NCBI RefSeq assembly: GCF_006345805.1
Contig: NC_043000.1
Location: 123,318,001-123,382,000 of the forward strand
DNA length: 64,000 bases
From: Octopus sinensis
Lineage: Eukaryota
Reading direction: 5' to 3'
The notes beneath the pieces are model-generated. The model was not told the DNA's origin and ran no database searches. It saw only the letters and a list, made by a program, of their open reading frames with translations. Numbering within the stretch: position 1 is the first letter of the stretch; each line of letters begins with the position of its first letter. Positions 52,396 to 64,000 of this stretch are shown here, in pieces. Both the position numbers and the translations under genes were made by a program.

Positions 52396-53541
52396 ACACA
52401 TATGCATATTTATGCACACAGAGAGAGAATGACCAGAAAGAGACAGAGAACATATATATATATGTATGTATGTATTATGTATGTACAGCACACAAGCTAT
52501 TAGCTTAAAGCCCAGATATATCGACCACATTCTGATAAAATTTCTGTATGGTATTATGTTTTCCTGTGGCAATATATTTTCAAACTGGCATTTGCTTTTA
52601 TTAAATATTTTATTAGGTTACTTGTATTAGATTAGATTACTAATATTATATTATTAGTTTTATTCAATTACGTGTTGAAAGCTCTTTGGTCCTGCAACCT
52701 GACATAGAATTTTTAAGACTTTTGAAGCAGTCTATTTATTACCTCCCAGTGGATAATGCTCTGTCATATCTCAATTATGGAAATGGTTACCACTTAATTT
52801 CTTCAGTGCTACATGTCCTTGATCATGTCTGGGCTTCCATTCAATAAGCTCAGGATTATGAAATGCTAAGCAAAAAGCTCTGGCATTAAATTTGGCTTCT
52901 AATAATGAACAGTACACAATTTTATAAACATGTTGGAATAACAAATTTCTTCTTCTATAACCAAAAATACTCTTTATCCTCATGAATAGAGGAATATGTA
53001 TGCATATGTGCACATTTTATTTATTAATAAATTAATCAAAAGAGTTGCCTTTTATGTTTCTTCAAGAATAAAAATAACTACGTGTGAATTTGGCATTTGT
53101 TAATGTTATAGAGAATTATTGAAGGTCAATGATTGAGATGAAAACATTAATGAAAATGTAGCCCTGGCCAACAATGAGTGGAAAACATTTTCATGCAATG
53201 TTTAAACTACTCAAGTTCATGGAAGAGTAGGTGATGGATACATTGAGTGGATCTTGGTTGGCTTAAGAAAAATTATCTTAGTAATAGAAGAAACCAAGAA
53301 GTCACAGCCAAATAGCTAGCTGAAGTGAATGGTTTTTAGCATGTTGGTAAATGAAAACTTTATTTATGTTTTGTAAAATGTTATCAACTACTTGGAGATA
53401 AGTATTTCTCAGTTCAAATGAGAAATATCAGACTCCATTCAGGCAGTTTTGGTTAAGTAAAGAATGCATGATTTTTCTGAGAGCCAGAGTTATTATTAAA
53501 CCAAAGTAGTTATTTGGTCTCTAATATTTTAAGATATAGAT

Positions 53542-53700
53542 TGGTTTCAAATTTTGGTACAAAGACAGAAATTTTGAGGGAGGGATAAGTTGATTACATC
53601 AACTCCAGTGTCCAGATGGTACTTATTTTATCAATCCTGAAAGGATGAAATGCTGTTAAGCATTTTGCCCGGTGTGTTAATGATTCTGTCAGCTCACCAC
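53542..53700 (-). mobile_element. Family-A SINE with internal deletion
   Basis: Reverse-complement head gtggtgagctgacagaatcattaacacaccgggcaaaatgctt is joined directly to ttcatcctttcaggattgataaaataagtacc. Confidence 0.8.
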
Positions 53701-56276
53701 ACTATTTTAAGGCATAAACTATGAATAAAAGAGATGCATAATTGTTTACTTCAAGAGACAAGTAATATCTATCTTGGTAATCTTGCACATTCACTTAGTG
53801 ATTCTTCTGTCATTAATTTAGCAAGTGTAGTGAAGTCTCTGTTTTGCTGTTGTCCTCATAATAAGACTTAAACATATGCTGAGTTGTTCCATACTCGTCG
53901 AAATAACTAATTATTATAATTAAAATTCAATGATTAATATTTTTACCTCTGCATATTATTCCTAGTTAATTTTTTGTTTCCTGCATTAAATATAGTAACA
54001 ATAATTTGATAACAGAAGGAAACATTGCAAAGTAGATATATCTCTTTTTTCTAAATCTACATGTTTTTATGTACTTGTTACAATAAAAGAAATCTACACA
54101 CTATCACCAAAGACATATCAAATATATTTTTACAAATGGAAATGGAATGCATACCAAAGAATACAGAGTAGATTCCAACAAACTAATAAAGGCATTTTAT
54201 ATTGATTCATATATTTTGTTTATGCACTCCAGCATACACACACACACACATTTGTAGATGCTATCTGGCCAAATAGTTAAGCAGTTTAACTTGCAACCAC
54301 AAAGTCTCAGGTTTAATCTTACAGCATGGCATCTTTGGCAAATGCTGTTTTTATAGCTTTGGGTTGGCTGATAAGTGAAACTGGATTTATGGGAACTGTA
54401 TAAATGCCCATCAAGTGGATTGTATCAGTAATCATGCTGGTTCTGCCTGGATATGTCTGTGGAAAGCTTATGTTAATTCAGGAGCAGCTTATTTGGTTGA
54501 TGAAACAACTGAATCCTCATTGTCAAATGATGGAGGTTTACTGCACACACACACACACACATTCTTCTACTAGTTTCAAGCATTTGACTGTGCCCATGCT
54601 GAAATATATCCTTCAATCAAGCTAGTCAATCATCTCAAGTTCAATACTTATTTCAGTCTGATATTTATATTATCAACTGAACTCATAAGTTACAGAACAT
54701 AAAAGGACACAGCACAAACTCTAATGCCAGTTTTTAGACATGTAAATAAATGCAAATTTGAACACATGCAGCAATGAGCATTTAGAGGCCTACTGGGCAA
54801 CAACTAGCTTGGCTAATTAAAAGCCAAATGATCAGTCTACTGGTAGTCACTCAACAAGAGATATTTTTGTTGTTGTTTGTCTCCAAATAGCCCTGATTGG
54901 ACAAATCTTGATAAGACATTCCTGCTATGAGTATACCAAAGTATATATTGTGTATCTTGGACTGGTATTTACCAAGAGTTTGCTTGATTAGAGCTAATCT
55001 CAAGCTAAATTATTATAGCTCTTACTGGCTAAACCCTCAGTGGCTTAGTCACTTTGGTTGTTAGCTTGTTAAGCTAGTTGGCACTGCATTATATTTTCAC
55101 CTGGTTGTGCTGTGATCCATTTGCTACTGAATGATATACTTTTTATCAATACATGCTCTCTGCAATCCAGAAGCCATGTTAGTTCTTACAGATATCAGGA
55201 TTGCTACAGCAGAAACTAAAGGTGGCAATAAACAAAAAACTTGATTACTTTTTTTATTATCATAATTAAATGATAGTGTCCATCACTTTTCAGATGTTTT
55301 TAGACTGAGGTGAAGATAACTCACTTACTCTTGCATATTTGAGGGGGAAATATGGGCAGAGATAGAGTTCCAGCTGGATTCAGCTCTGGAGAAAAGGGAT
55401 TAGGAAAGTGTTTTTGTATGGGGCTTGATGCCTAATGAATCTAGAAATAGCTTATGTATTAGACTTTATGACAGCTTAAAAAGTGTTATTTTCCACCATT
55501 CCTTGCTAAGTGGACATCCTCTCAAAATAAGAGAAGTGTTTGAATGATGCATGTGTTAATGTAGTAGCACTTGAATTGCATGTTGCATGTGTTAGATATA
55601 TGTAGGTAATATATTAAATGGTGTACAATGTGTTTAGTACTTGATGGGAGTAATAGGTGAACTACAGCAACTAAAAAGTATTCAAGAGAACAGAAATAAT
55701 TTAGTTGAAAGGAGCATATGATAAAAGCAATAATAAATATAAGTATTATGAAAGTGTTCTCAAAATTGTAACCAAAATACAAGTCAGATAAGAAAGCATT
55801 TATGTAGTTTGGACCATGTAAAAACTTAAAATAAACCAAGAAAATGGCCATGATTAAGAAAAAGTTTGCAGGGAATCATTTTGCTGCTATCATACTATTT
55901 TGAATGATATGTAGTGCATGTGTTTGCTTCAATATATTTGTGTAGATATGTTTCTGATTGTGCATTTTATTTGATATATGGTTTACTGACATGCATATAT
56001 TTACCCATCATGATACAATGTATAGGGAAGATATCATTGTTATACTTAAGACTATTATGTTTAAAACTCCATACTATTGCAATCTAATCAAACTTTTAAA
56101 GAACTTACCAATGTTTAGATGGCACAATGAAAACCTACAAATAAAAAATTTATTTAAAATTAAAAATACAATTTGCACATGATAGCCTTATAAATTTTAA
56201 AAGGCTTTCATTTAACAACTCCTAAAAGTTAACTCCTTTCCCCTTCAATTTTATTAATTTGCTTTACTTACTACAG

Positions 56277-56343
56277 GCAGTTTGTTCCCAAGAAGAAGGA
56301 AAGTACAGAGGTACAAGAAATGCAGTCTACAATGGGTGTCCGA
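56277..56343 (+). CDS. NRXN: Neurexin stalk exon (K)QFVPKKKESTEVQEMQSTMGVR; 67 nt, phase 2-0
   Basis: Polypyrimidine tract plus ctacag| acceptor and CGA|gtaagt donor. Phases fit both neighbouring exons; S/T/E/M-rich like vertebrate ...TAMQSEMSTS. Confidence 0.8.
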
Positions 56344-56665
56344 GTAAGTAGTACTGAAACAAACAAATGTACTGTGGTATATGTTTGTAACATTTTCACA
56401 TGTAGAAACATCAGTTAAAAGCTGTCAGCAAGGCATTTTCACCAAATAGCTATATGTCCCAAGTAGTTTACCCATTAGTGACACTGTCTGTCATGTAGAC
56501 ACCAGTTTAGAAACATAATATTGGTCTCTGACTAACATGGAAATTTCCTCATTTTTCCTTACCTTCTCTGCCTGAAATTGATTCTATTTAGATTCCCTAA
56601 TTAACCCATAGCCCACCCTCACCCCCATTAAGAATTGTCATTTTGAAATTAATTCCACTTAACAG

Positions 56666-56838
56666 GTAACTCCACACCAGTCAGCAACTGATGACATCAT
56701 ATATTCTGGAAATGATGCTGGATGCAACAGCGATGATGAAGATGAATGCAGTTCTGTTGGATCTGGAATGGTAGATGAGATCATCACTCCAACAGTGATA
56801 GTCATCACCACACCACGCCCAATTGATTCGTCTCCCAG
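56666..56838 (+). CDS. NRXN: Neurexin stalk exon with HS-attachment Ser and Cys-loop: VTPHQSATDDIIYSGNDAGCNSDDEDECSSVGSGMVDEIITPTVIVITTPRPIDSSP; 173 nt, phase 0-2
   Basis: Acceptor ttaacag| and donor CCCAG|gtaggc. TDD..S...C.SDDED.C is the neurexin stalk signature. The 3' end is less certain because of an internal ATG|gtagat donor and possible read-through to TAG. Confidence 0.88.
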
Positions 56839-59737
56839 GTAGGCTACACCCAATGCAAGCATTCCCTTCAGTCACTACAAAACAATCTGACTGAAACCTT
56901 AAAACATTTTCTTTATTTTCAAAGAGCAAAAGATATTCAATATTTTTGCATTAATAAAATGCAGTATGTGGCAAATAATTCCTAAATAAAATGAAAAAAT
57001 CAAATTGTATTTTTTAAGAAATATTATCTTGCCATATGGAGGTTGCTAACAGACAGACAGATAGATGTTGTGCTTTGAGGGTTGATTACATTCAGTTTCA
57101 GTGTATGATGCTGACTTGCTCTTTGTTCAGAACTGAGTTCTCTTAAAGTTAAAAATATATTTTTCTCCAGTATGGATTATGGCAAATACTGTCTTTTATT
57201 TTCATTTTCTTCTCCTAATGAATTTTTTTATTTCCTCTGCACACATCTGTATATCAAAACGCGTATGTCCTAAAAATTCAGCTGAGAGGATTTTTTAATG
57301 TTTTATATGACGGTATTCAAATTTAATATTTAACTAACTGTAGTAAAGCTTGATTGAATATTAAACATAGATGCTAATCTATGAATTTCTCAATAAAGGT
57401 ATATTTTCAATGTCTTTCATTTACCAAATACTTTTAAAATTAATCAGTTGGCTGAAGTCTTAATTCATTGAAGATTAATTTTCATTTACTCAGAAAGGAT
57501 TCATTTCCTTTAGGATTACAAGAGGATTGTATTTTTGAAATTAATACATTCTTAGGTGTGTCATTAAAATAAGATATACTTATATCTATATTTGTCTATT
57601 TATCTTTGCATATATATATATATATATGTATAACTTATTTTGCAAGCTGAAATAAACTATCTGCAAAACGATAAAAATCTTACACTTAGTAATAATTCAG
57701 ATATTTCTTATCAAAATATTGTAAAGAAATATGTCACTGATTCTTCGTGCAGTTCTAAGTACCTAGTTATTTTAGATCATTTGTTCTATATATTTGTTTT
57801 AGCTTTTAAATGAATCCTTTGTATTCAATCTTATGACAATCATGAAATAAAAATCTTAGTTTAATTATCAATGAACGCTTTAAATCCTCATTGATATACA
57901 TTCAAAGGATATCTTTTGTGTACCAAATAGCAGGTATAGAAACTCATTTGCAGGAGTAAAAAAACAGCTACTTGTATTCAGTACAAAATATAGATTTTCA
58001 GGGAAGATTATATATTTTACACATTTTCTTTTATCAATATTTCTGTGTTCAGTATAAAGCAAAGGATTTCACCACACAATTCATGATATTTCTTTCTAAA
58101 TGAACAGTAAACTTTCTCAATTAAAATGTCTTTCTTTTATTTTTAAGTTTTTATCCTATATCTCAAAGCTTGGCTTTTAGGAAAAATCATTCAGACTACT
58201 TCCTCTTTCCTGAAAAGGCTGTCTCTCTCTGTTGACATTTTCTATATATCTTTTGTATTTTTGCATTAATTTGTTTTTATTTCTAAAAGTTAGTCACTCA
58301 TGGAAAACAAGCTATGAATTTTTTTTAAATATATGCTTCCTTTGTTGCATTTCATTAAAAATGTTGACTTTTCAAAATTTTGGTTAAATATCTGTTTTCA
58401 TTCTTTTATCCCAATAAATATATGTATGTGCATATATTTGTACATTTTTGTTGCTAGAACAAATTAGATCTTTCTGAAAGTTCCTACTTTTGCATATGTT
58501 GGAAATGTTTTGTCAAACGATTCATTTCTGGTCACTGATGCCACAAGTTTGCAACAACTGATAATATTAATGATTGAAGCAAACACAACAATTTCATCTT
58601 TGACTAGACTGTAATGTGTTGTTCTTTTTATGCTGTAAGTTACAATGTATTATGAAACTCTCATTATCTTAGTATATTATCCATAATTATGGAGCATATA
58701 AGAAAATTTGCAAATGAATTTAAGTTTATTAGTATTTGTGTGTGTATATGTGTGTAAATGTGTCTGTGTGTGTGTGTGAGAGAGAGAGAAATATGACCTT
58801 GCAGCATAATTAAACTCTCTTAATATTCATTGTATCTCACCCAAGGTCAAAATAAAAATCAAGAATAAACAATATATTTATCTGTATAAATATATAGTTA
58901 AAAATACAATAAAAGTACAAAATCACAAAAACCTTTTGAAAATATAAAATGAAAAAATATCAGTTAAAAGAAAATTCTGGAGAGTTGCATAATTATCAAT
59001 ATTTCAAATGACAGTTAAGATAGTTATGAAATATTTCCTGTCTCTGTTTTCAAGATACTAGTGGTTGAATCTACTATACATTTAAATTATGATTTTTTTT
59101 ATATTCTTTTTACACAGATAAAATTAGTTTCATACTTTATGAAATAGAGTCTTAATGGAAATTTACATAAATATTTTTTTGCACATTTAAGAATTTTATA
59201 TGTATATGTTTTGAATACTTATTTTTAACAGGTACCTTGAGTATAGTTTATATTTATGTGTACTTTCCACAGTTTATCATTAACAATCTATTTTGAACTT
59301 GCTTGTACTAAGCTCTGCAATGTTGTAATTCTTCTCATTCGCTTCTGTTAAGATTTGTGGGGACAGGACTAATTTTGGTTTTGCACCATCATCAGTCTTC
59401 ATCAGATAAATGCTTCTCTAAGCAAATATTAACAATGGTCAAGATGATATTGAAAGACATGATATAATTCTTAATTTTGTAATAATTTTTTTACTCTTAA
59501 TTTACTATTCTTTCTGTCAATGAATTTATTTCATTGTTAATAACTGTAGAATAGTAAGCTATATGTCTTTTACTTTCCAGTTTCAGTTGTGTTGCAAACA
59601 CATATTTATCATTAGCATTGAGTCTTTATTTTTACTGGCAATTTCTTTAAGTCAGTTAGCTATAATTAGCATATGTCAATTATTACAATTAGCAATTAAT
59701 CAAAATATATGAGTTATAAAATGCAACTGAAGTAATA

Positions 59738-60977
59738 TAATGGTTGGCTGACCAAGATACTCTCATGGAATGTGACCAAATGAGGTTTATTTTTCAACAT
59801 AGTCCTTTTTGCAGTCCTCTCACTTCTTCCATTTTTGTTGCAGTGCTTGGATCCCATTATTGAAAAAACTTTCATCCTGTTATTAACAGCAGATATGATG
59901 GTGTCATCATCACTGTGATATTGGTTCCTAGTCAAGTGTTTTTCAAAGTTGGAGAGCAGATGATAGTCAAATGGTGCCACATCAAGTCAACCAGTTCAAA
60001 GCCACAGTCACATGCAGCAGCCATTGAAACCAAGGACTTGTGTGCTAGAGCATTGTCCTGATGAAACAAGACCTCTTTTGTCAGTTTTCCTGAGCATTTG
60101 GTCTTGATAGCCTTCCATAACTGCCTCAGCAAGTTAGCATAGTACACTCCATTGATGGTGTGGCCATTTTGAAGATAGTTAATAAACACAATGCCTTTTG
60201 CATCCCAAAAAACTGAGGCCATCACCATCCCTGCAGATAAAACTACCTTGGCCTTCTTTTGAGTAGATGAGGAAAGGTGTTTCCATTGCATGGATTGTCT
60301 CTTTGTCTCTGGTTCAGAGTGATGAACCCAACACTCATCCTGGCTTAGAAAATATTTTAAATAACCAGCTGGATCTACTTCAAACAATGTCAGATTTTTC
60401 CATGATGTGATCAGTTTTGGTTTGCTTTTGATCAAGTGTCAGAAGATATGACACCCACTGAACAGAAACCTTCATCATGCTAAGTTCATTGTGCAGAATA
60501 TTCTCAACTCTTTCATGGAATATGCTAATAGGATTGGGTATTTAATTTACCATCAATCTCTTGTCATCCATCACCATATGGTGAACACAATGTTTTCCTC
60601 AGTGGTGGCAGTTGCAGGATGTTCAGATGTTGGATCATCTTCAAGACTTTCCCTTCTCCTCCTAAATTCAGCTGCTCACTTTTGCAGTGCTGATAAAACT
60701 GGAGCATCATCTTGTAATGTAGTAACCATGTCAGCATGAACGTCCTTGGGTGCTAAACCATTTTTGCTGCAGCTACTTGATAATGCCAATTTTTGTCCAT
60801 TTTCAAGAGGAGTCACTACTAGTTATTTTTGAAGTCTTCTTTGAACAGTCAGATGTCAGTTTAGCTGGAAAGAAACAATGCAGTTATTTATAAGAACTGA
60901 AATTAATGCATGCAAGATTTCACAGCTCTGGCATTACTCCTTCATTGTCAGCCTATGAACTTTACAGCCCACCCTTG
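59738..60977 (-). mobile_element. Near full-length DD34D-type mariner transposon with a pseudogenized transposase (about 60800 to 59787)
   Basis: MDK...FLSQDECWVHHSEPETKRQSMQW...KVVLSAGMVMASVFWDAKGIVFINYLQNGHTINGVYY...FHQDNALAHKS...APFDYHL...VEK*. Frameshifts and stops are present. Flanking TA dinucleotides; right TIR tacaagggtgggctgtaaaagttcataggctgac. Confidence 0.92.
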
Positions 60978-61007
60978 TATATACTAGCTCCTAATTATGT
61001 CATTAAC

Positions 61008-61190
61008 AGGTGGTGAGCTGGCAGAATCATTAACACATTGGACAAAATGCTTCACTGCATTTTTTCTGAGTTTTTATGTGCAAAGCCCAAATCCTACCAA
61101 GACCAATTTTACTTTACGTTCTTTTGGTGTTAATGTAATCAACTAAACCTCTTCTCCAAATTTCATGCCCTGTGCCTATACTAGAAACAG
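61008..61190 (+). mobile_element. Family-A SINE (decayed)
   Basis: ggtggtgagctggcagaatcattaacacattggacaaaatgctt... Confidence 0.7.
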
Positions 61191-61584
61191 TTATGTCATT
61201 AACAGGGTTTTCTTGGTTTTCAAATTGATAACAATCATTTGTGTTATTCATGTTTTGATATCAAAAATTTATCCTGCCTTGACCACATAAAACTATGAAT
61301 AAATATTATAGGTAAACTTATCGCTAATGAAAACTTAAATGCTTTTAACTTCATTTTCTTTCACTTCCTTCCTATCAGAGTAATTGGACCATACACGTTC
61401 TTTTAAATTTAATTATTAGCTTTTCAAAATAGAGAGAGTAAATTTTTTAGCTATTTTAACTGTCATTTGAAATACTGGGGTTTCTTTCCCACTAACTTTA
61501 CAAAATTTTCTTTTATGCAGTGTTTTTTATTTTTCTGTCTCAAAAACGTGTGTGTATGTGTGTGTACATATGATATTGCTTCTT

Positions 61585-61735
61585 TGTTGTTCTAAGTTCA
61601 AGTTCCACTGAGGTCGACTTTGCCTTTCATCCTTTCAGGGCCGATAAATTAAATACCAGTTGCGTACTGGGTCGATCTAATCAACTGGCCTCCTCCCCCA
61701 AAATTTCGGGCCTTGTGCCTAGAGTAGAAAAGGAT
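61585..61735 (+). mobile_element. Family-A SINE, 5'-truncated and well preserved
   Basis: gaggtcgactttgcctttcatcctttcagggccgataaattaaataccagttgcgtactgggtcgatc...ccttgtgcctagagtagaaaagg. Confidence 0.85.
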
Positions 61736-62869
61736 CTTGCTTTTTTGTTGCTTTTGGTTTAGGTATCCTTTTTTATCTTGACTTGTATAATTATGCTGGT
61801 AAACAATATCAAATGATCATAGTTCTGATGAGTACACCAAATTACTCTCAATACTATTTTGAGGCCTTAAAAGCTAAGCATTATGACTTGGAGATATTGC
61901 TATGTATAATAGAATCATTGTTTGGAGCAATTCAACAATTTCTAGCAAAAGTAACCACCTAAAGGCCTCCTTTATTGGTTTGGTGCTTGTGTTTCCTAAT
62001 TGAAATGGGTTTACAAACATATATTTTATAAATATTGACATGTGGTAATGCATCTATAAGAGATATTGCATTTATATAATGCTCTACAATTGCATTGTAC
62101 AAGTACTAGAACCTAAAATATGATTTCATATGAAAAATATTGTATTAAATAATTATACTGTATGAACAGTTACACACAATCAAAATAGTCATATTTGTTT
62201 CCAGTTTTTCTATCCATGTTCAGGCTGTTTGTTATTTGATAGACTAGCAGGGTTATTTTCTTGTAAACAAGTGAATGTTGGTGTCAGGAAGAGCTGTAAT
62301 AAGTTCAGCCCCAATGCAATCTTGTCTGACCCATGCAGATATGGAAAAGTATACTCTAAAACGATGATAACATACAAACATATATATGATATATATGATT
62401 ACAAAATGTCAAGTGATTGATTATTTATTATTATTCTGCTTATCCTTTACATGGAGGAAAAAGTGCTCAATGTTGAACAAATAAAAAAATCCAAAATCCA
62501 AGAAAAATCTATGTGGCCTGTGTAAGCAAAAATATATAAGGTATAGGACTATCAATTCATAGTTTGTAATTTGAAATTTGCTGCAAGTATATCTCTACAA
62601 CTAGATGCAGAACAGTTGGTGAAATAGAATTGTTTCAGCATTAAATAGAATGTCTTGTGGTATTTGTTGCAATTCTCTGTGCTTTGAAGGGAAATCTTGC
62701 CAAGATCAACTTTGCCATTCTTCTTTCATGAAGCTGATGTCGTTGGACACTTAAGCATGTGTGTATACCACTTTGCACCCAACCACGCACACACCTTTCA
62801 ACTATGTAGTCATTGCATCTTATAGCAAAAATAGTTGTAAGCTAATGAAGTTCATTAGTAAAATATGGG

Positions 62870-63900
62870 CTGTGACTGCAGAGGACGTGTGTAGGTGAGA
62901 AAGAAATGAAGTAAACATGTTCTGTTGAATGTGCAATGTCAGTGTGCATGTACAACAGAGTGTAAATGTACTGAGAGAAAAATGGGCATGTAGTGTGCAA
63001 GGGAGATGACTATGCTGATGGTCATGTGATGTGAATGGATGAAAACAGCTGCATAAAACAATACCAATCTTTGAATGTGAGGGGAGCGTCTGGAAGAGGA
63101 AAACCCAGGAAGACTGGGATAAAGTTAGGAAAAATTATCTTCAGGTGTTGAGCTTCACAGACAAGATGACAAATGACCAAGATGATTTGGTGATTTGCTG
63201 TGCTTGAGAAGATCCATCCAGCAAAATAAAATTGCATAAAGGCATGCCATTTATGTCCCTGCCCCTGCACACAATTTGTCCCTGATAAACCTTTTCCCCT
63301 CAACCCATCTTCTTAACACCTTTCCTTCTCCTCACCCAAGTTCACCACTCACTGTATTCCCCTTCTATCTCTCACTCTCCATTCACACCCTCATGAACCT
63401 ACTTGCATTCAATGTGACCCTGTTGAATCCCTTCCCCACAACATACCCTCCCTCTAATTGTGCCTATTCACTGTATTCCCTTCCCTGCACCTCCCACTTT
63501 CCTTTTGTAATCTTGTAAACTTACCCACCCACTCACCCTATCCAATCCTTGATTCCTCTCTACCACCCTGTAACGTGAGTGTACAATATCCCCCATCACG
63601 TTTTTTCCATCTTCTCTCCCCCTTCTCTCTATCCCACTAAAATAGCTGTCTCTCTAATCATACTCTGACCTTTCATCACCTGGCACAAAGCCCCCACCCT
63701 TGATACCACTCCCCTCAGTTGAGGATTCTTGTCTTGTATATTACTTGGTGACCTAACCAGTGTTGATACCACATAACAAGCACCTAGTATCATTTATAAA
63801 GTGGTTGGTATAAGGAAAGGCATCCAGCCATAGAGATCATGGCAAAACAGATAATTAAGCTTGAAGCAGTCTTCTGACTTGCCAGCTCCTGTCAAACACA
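62870..63900 (+). mobile_element. RTE-type LINE 3' end (RT C-terminus, pyrimidine-rich UTR, family-C-like tail)
   Basis: ...*MCNVSVHVQQSVNVLREK...MDENSCIKQYQSLNVRGASGRGKPRKT...EMTNDQDD matches the RTE C-terminus. It is followed by tggttggtataaggaaaggcatccagccatag. Confidence 0.85.
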
Positions 63901-64000
63901 CACACACATACACACACACACATTAGAAAATGTCATAAGAATTTTATAAACTTTCAAGAGAATGTGAACTAATTCAGTTATAGAATAATCTCAAACCACA

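Noticed and set aside
56659-56929. Minus-strand ORFs 56659-56862 and 56681-56929
   Set aside because: Antisense shadows of the real + strand neurexin exon.
57060-61400. Acceptor-like sites (about 57075, 57170, 57494, 59231, 59350, 59576, 61379) as the next neurexin exon
   Set aside because: In the required phase-2 frame each hits a stop quickly or gives no neurexin-like juxtamembrane/TM sequence. The TM exon probably lies beyond 64000.

Overview
AT-rich, microsatellite- and retroelement-dense eukaryotic DNA. The repeat families and composition suggest a coleoid cephalopod, probably Octopus (inference). The window lies inside a large + strand neurexin (NRXN/Nrx-1-like) gene. Four coding exons with canonical AG/GT boundaries and compatible phases (34419-34523, 37888-37975, 56277-56343, 56666-56838) splice to GEQMSIFNNQAYIYIGGKKDSWDSQIQKAYRGEIS|[30 protein letters not shown]|QFVPKKKESTEVQEMQSTMGVR|VTPHQSATDDIIYSGNDAGCNSDDEDECSSVGSGMVDEIITPTVIVITTPRPIDSSP(R). 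This is the C-terminal half of LNS6 plus the stalk with its heparan-sulfate serine and Cys-loop. I did not find the preceding LNS6 exon or the transmembrane exon, so bases 1-34418 appear to be part of the intron equivalent to vertebrate splice site 4 (AS4). Everything else is intronic: tRNA-derived SINEs, RTE, CR1 and Dong/R4-type LINE remnants, mariner/Tc1 and Helitron remnants, and microsatellites. The supplied ORFs are almost all spurious or transposon-derived. The most interesting unexplained signals are: (1) a series of near-perfect fold-back hairpins in the AS4-equivalent intron, up to a 165-nt palindrome 3 kb upstream of the LNS6 exon; (2) frame-preserving microexon candidates in that intron; (3) an LNS6 exon that starts with a 5' splice-site consensus (recursive-splice-like); (4) a paired tandem donor/acceptor; (5) an in-frame stop just past the stalk exon donor that could give a secreted neurexin; (6) possible restorative A-to-I recoding sites. 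All of these are hypotheses that need RNA data.
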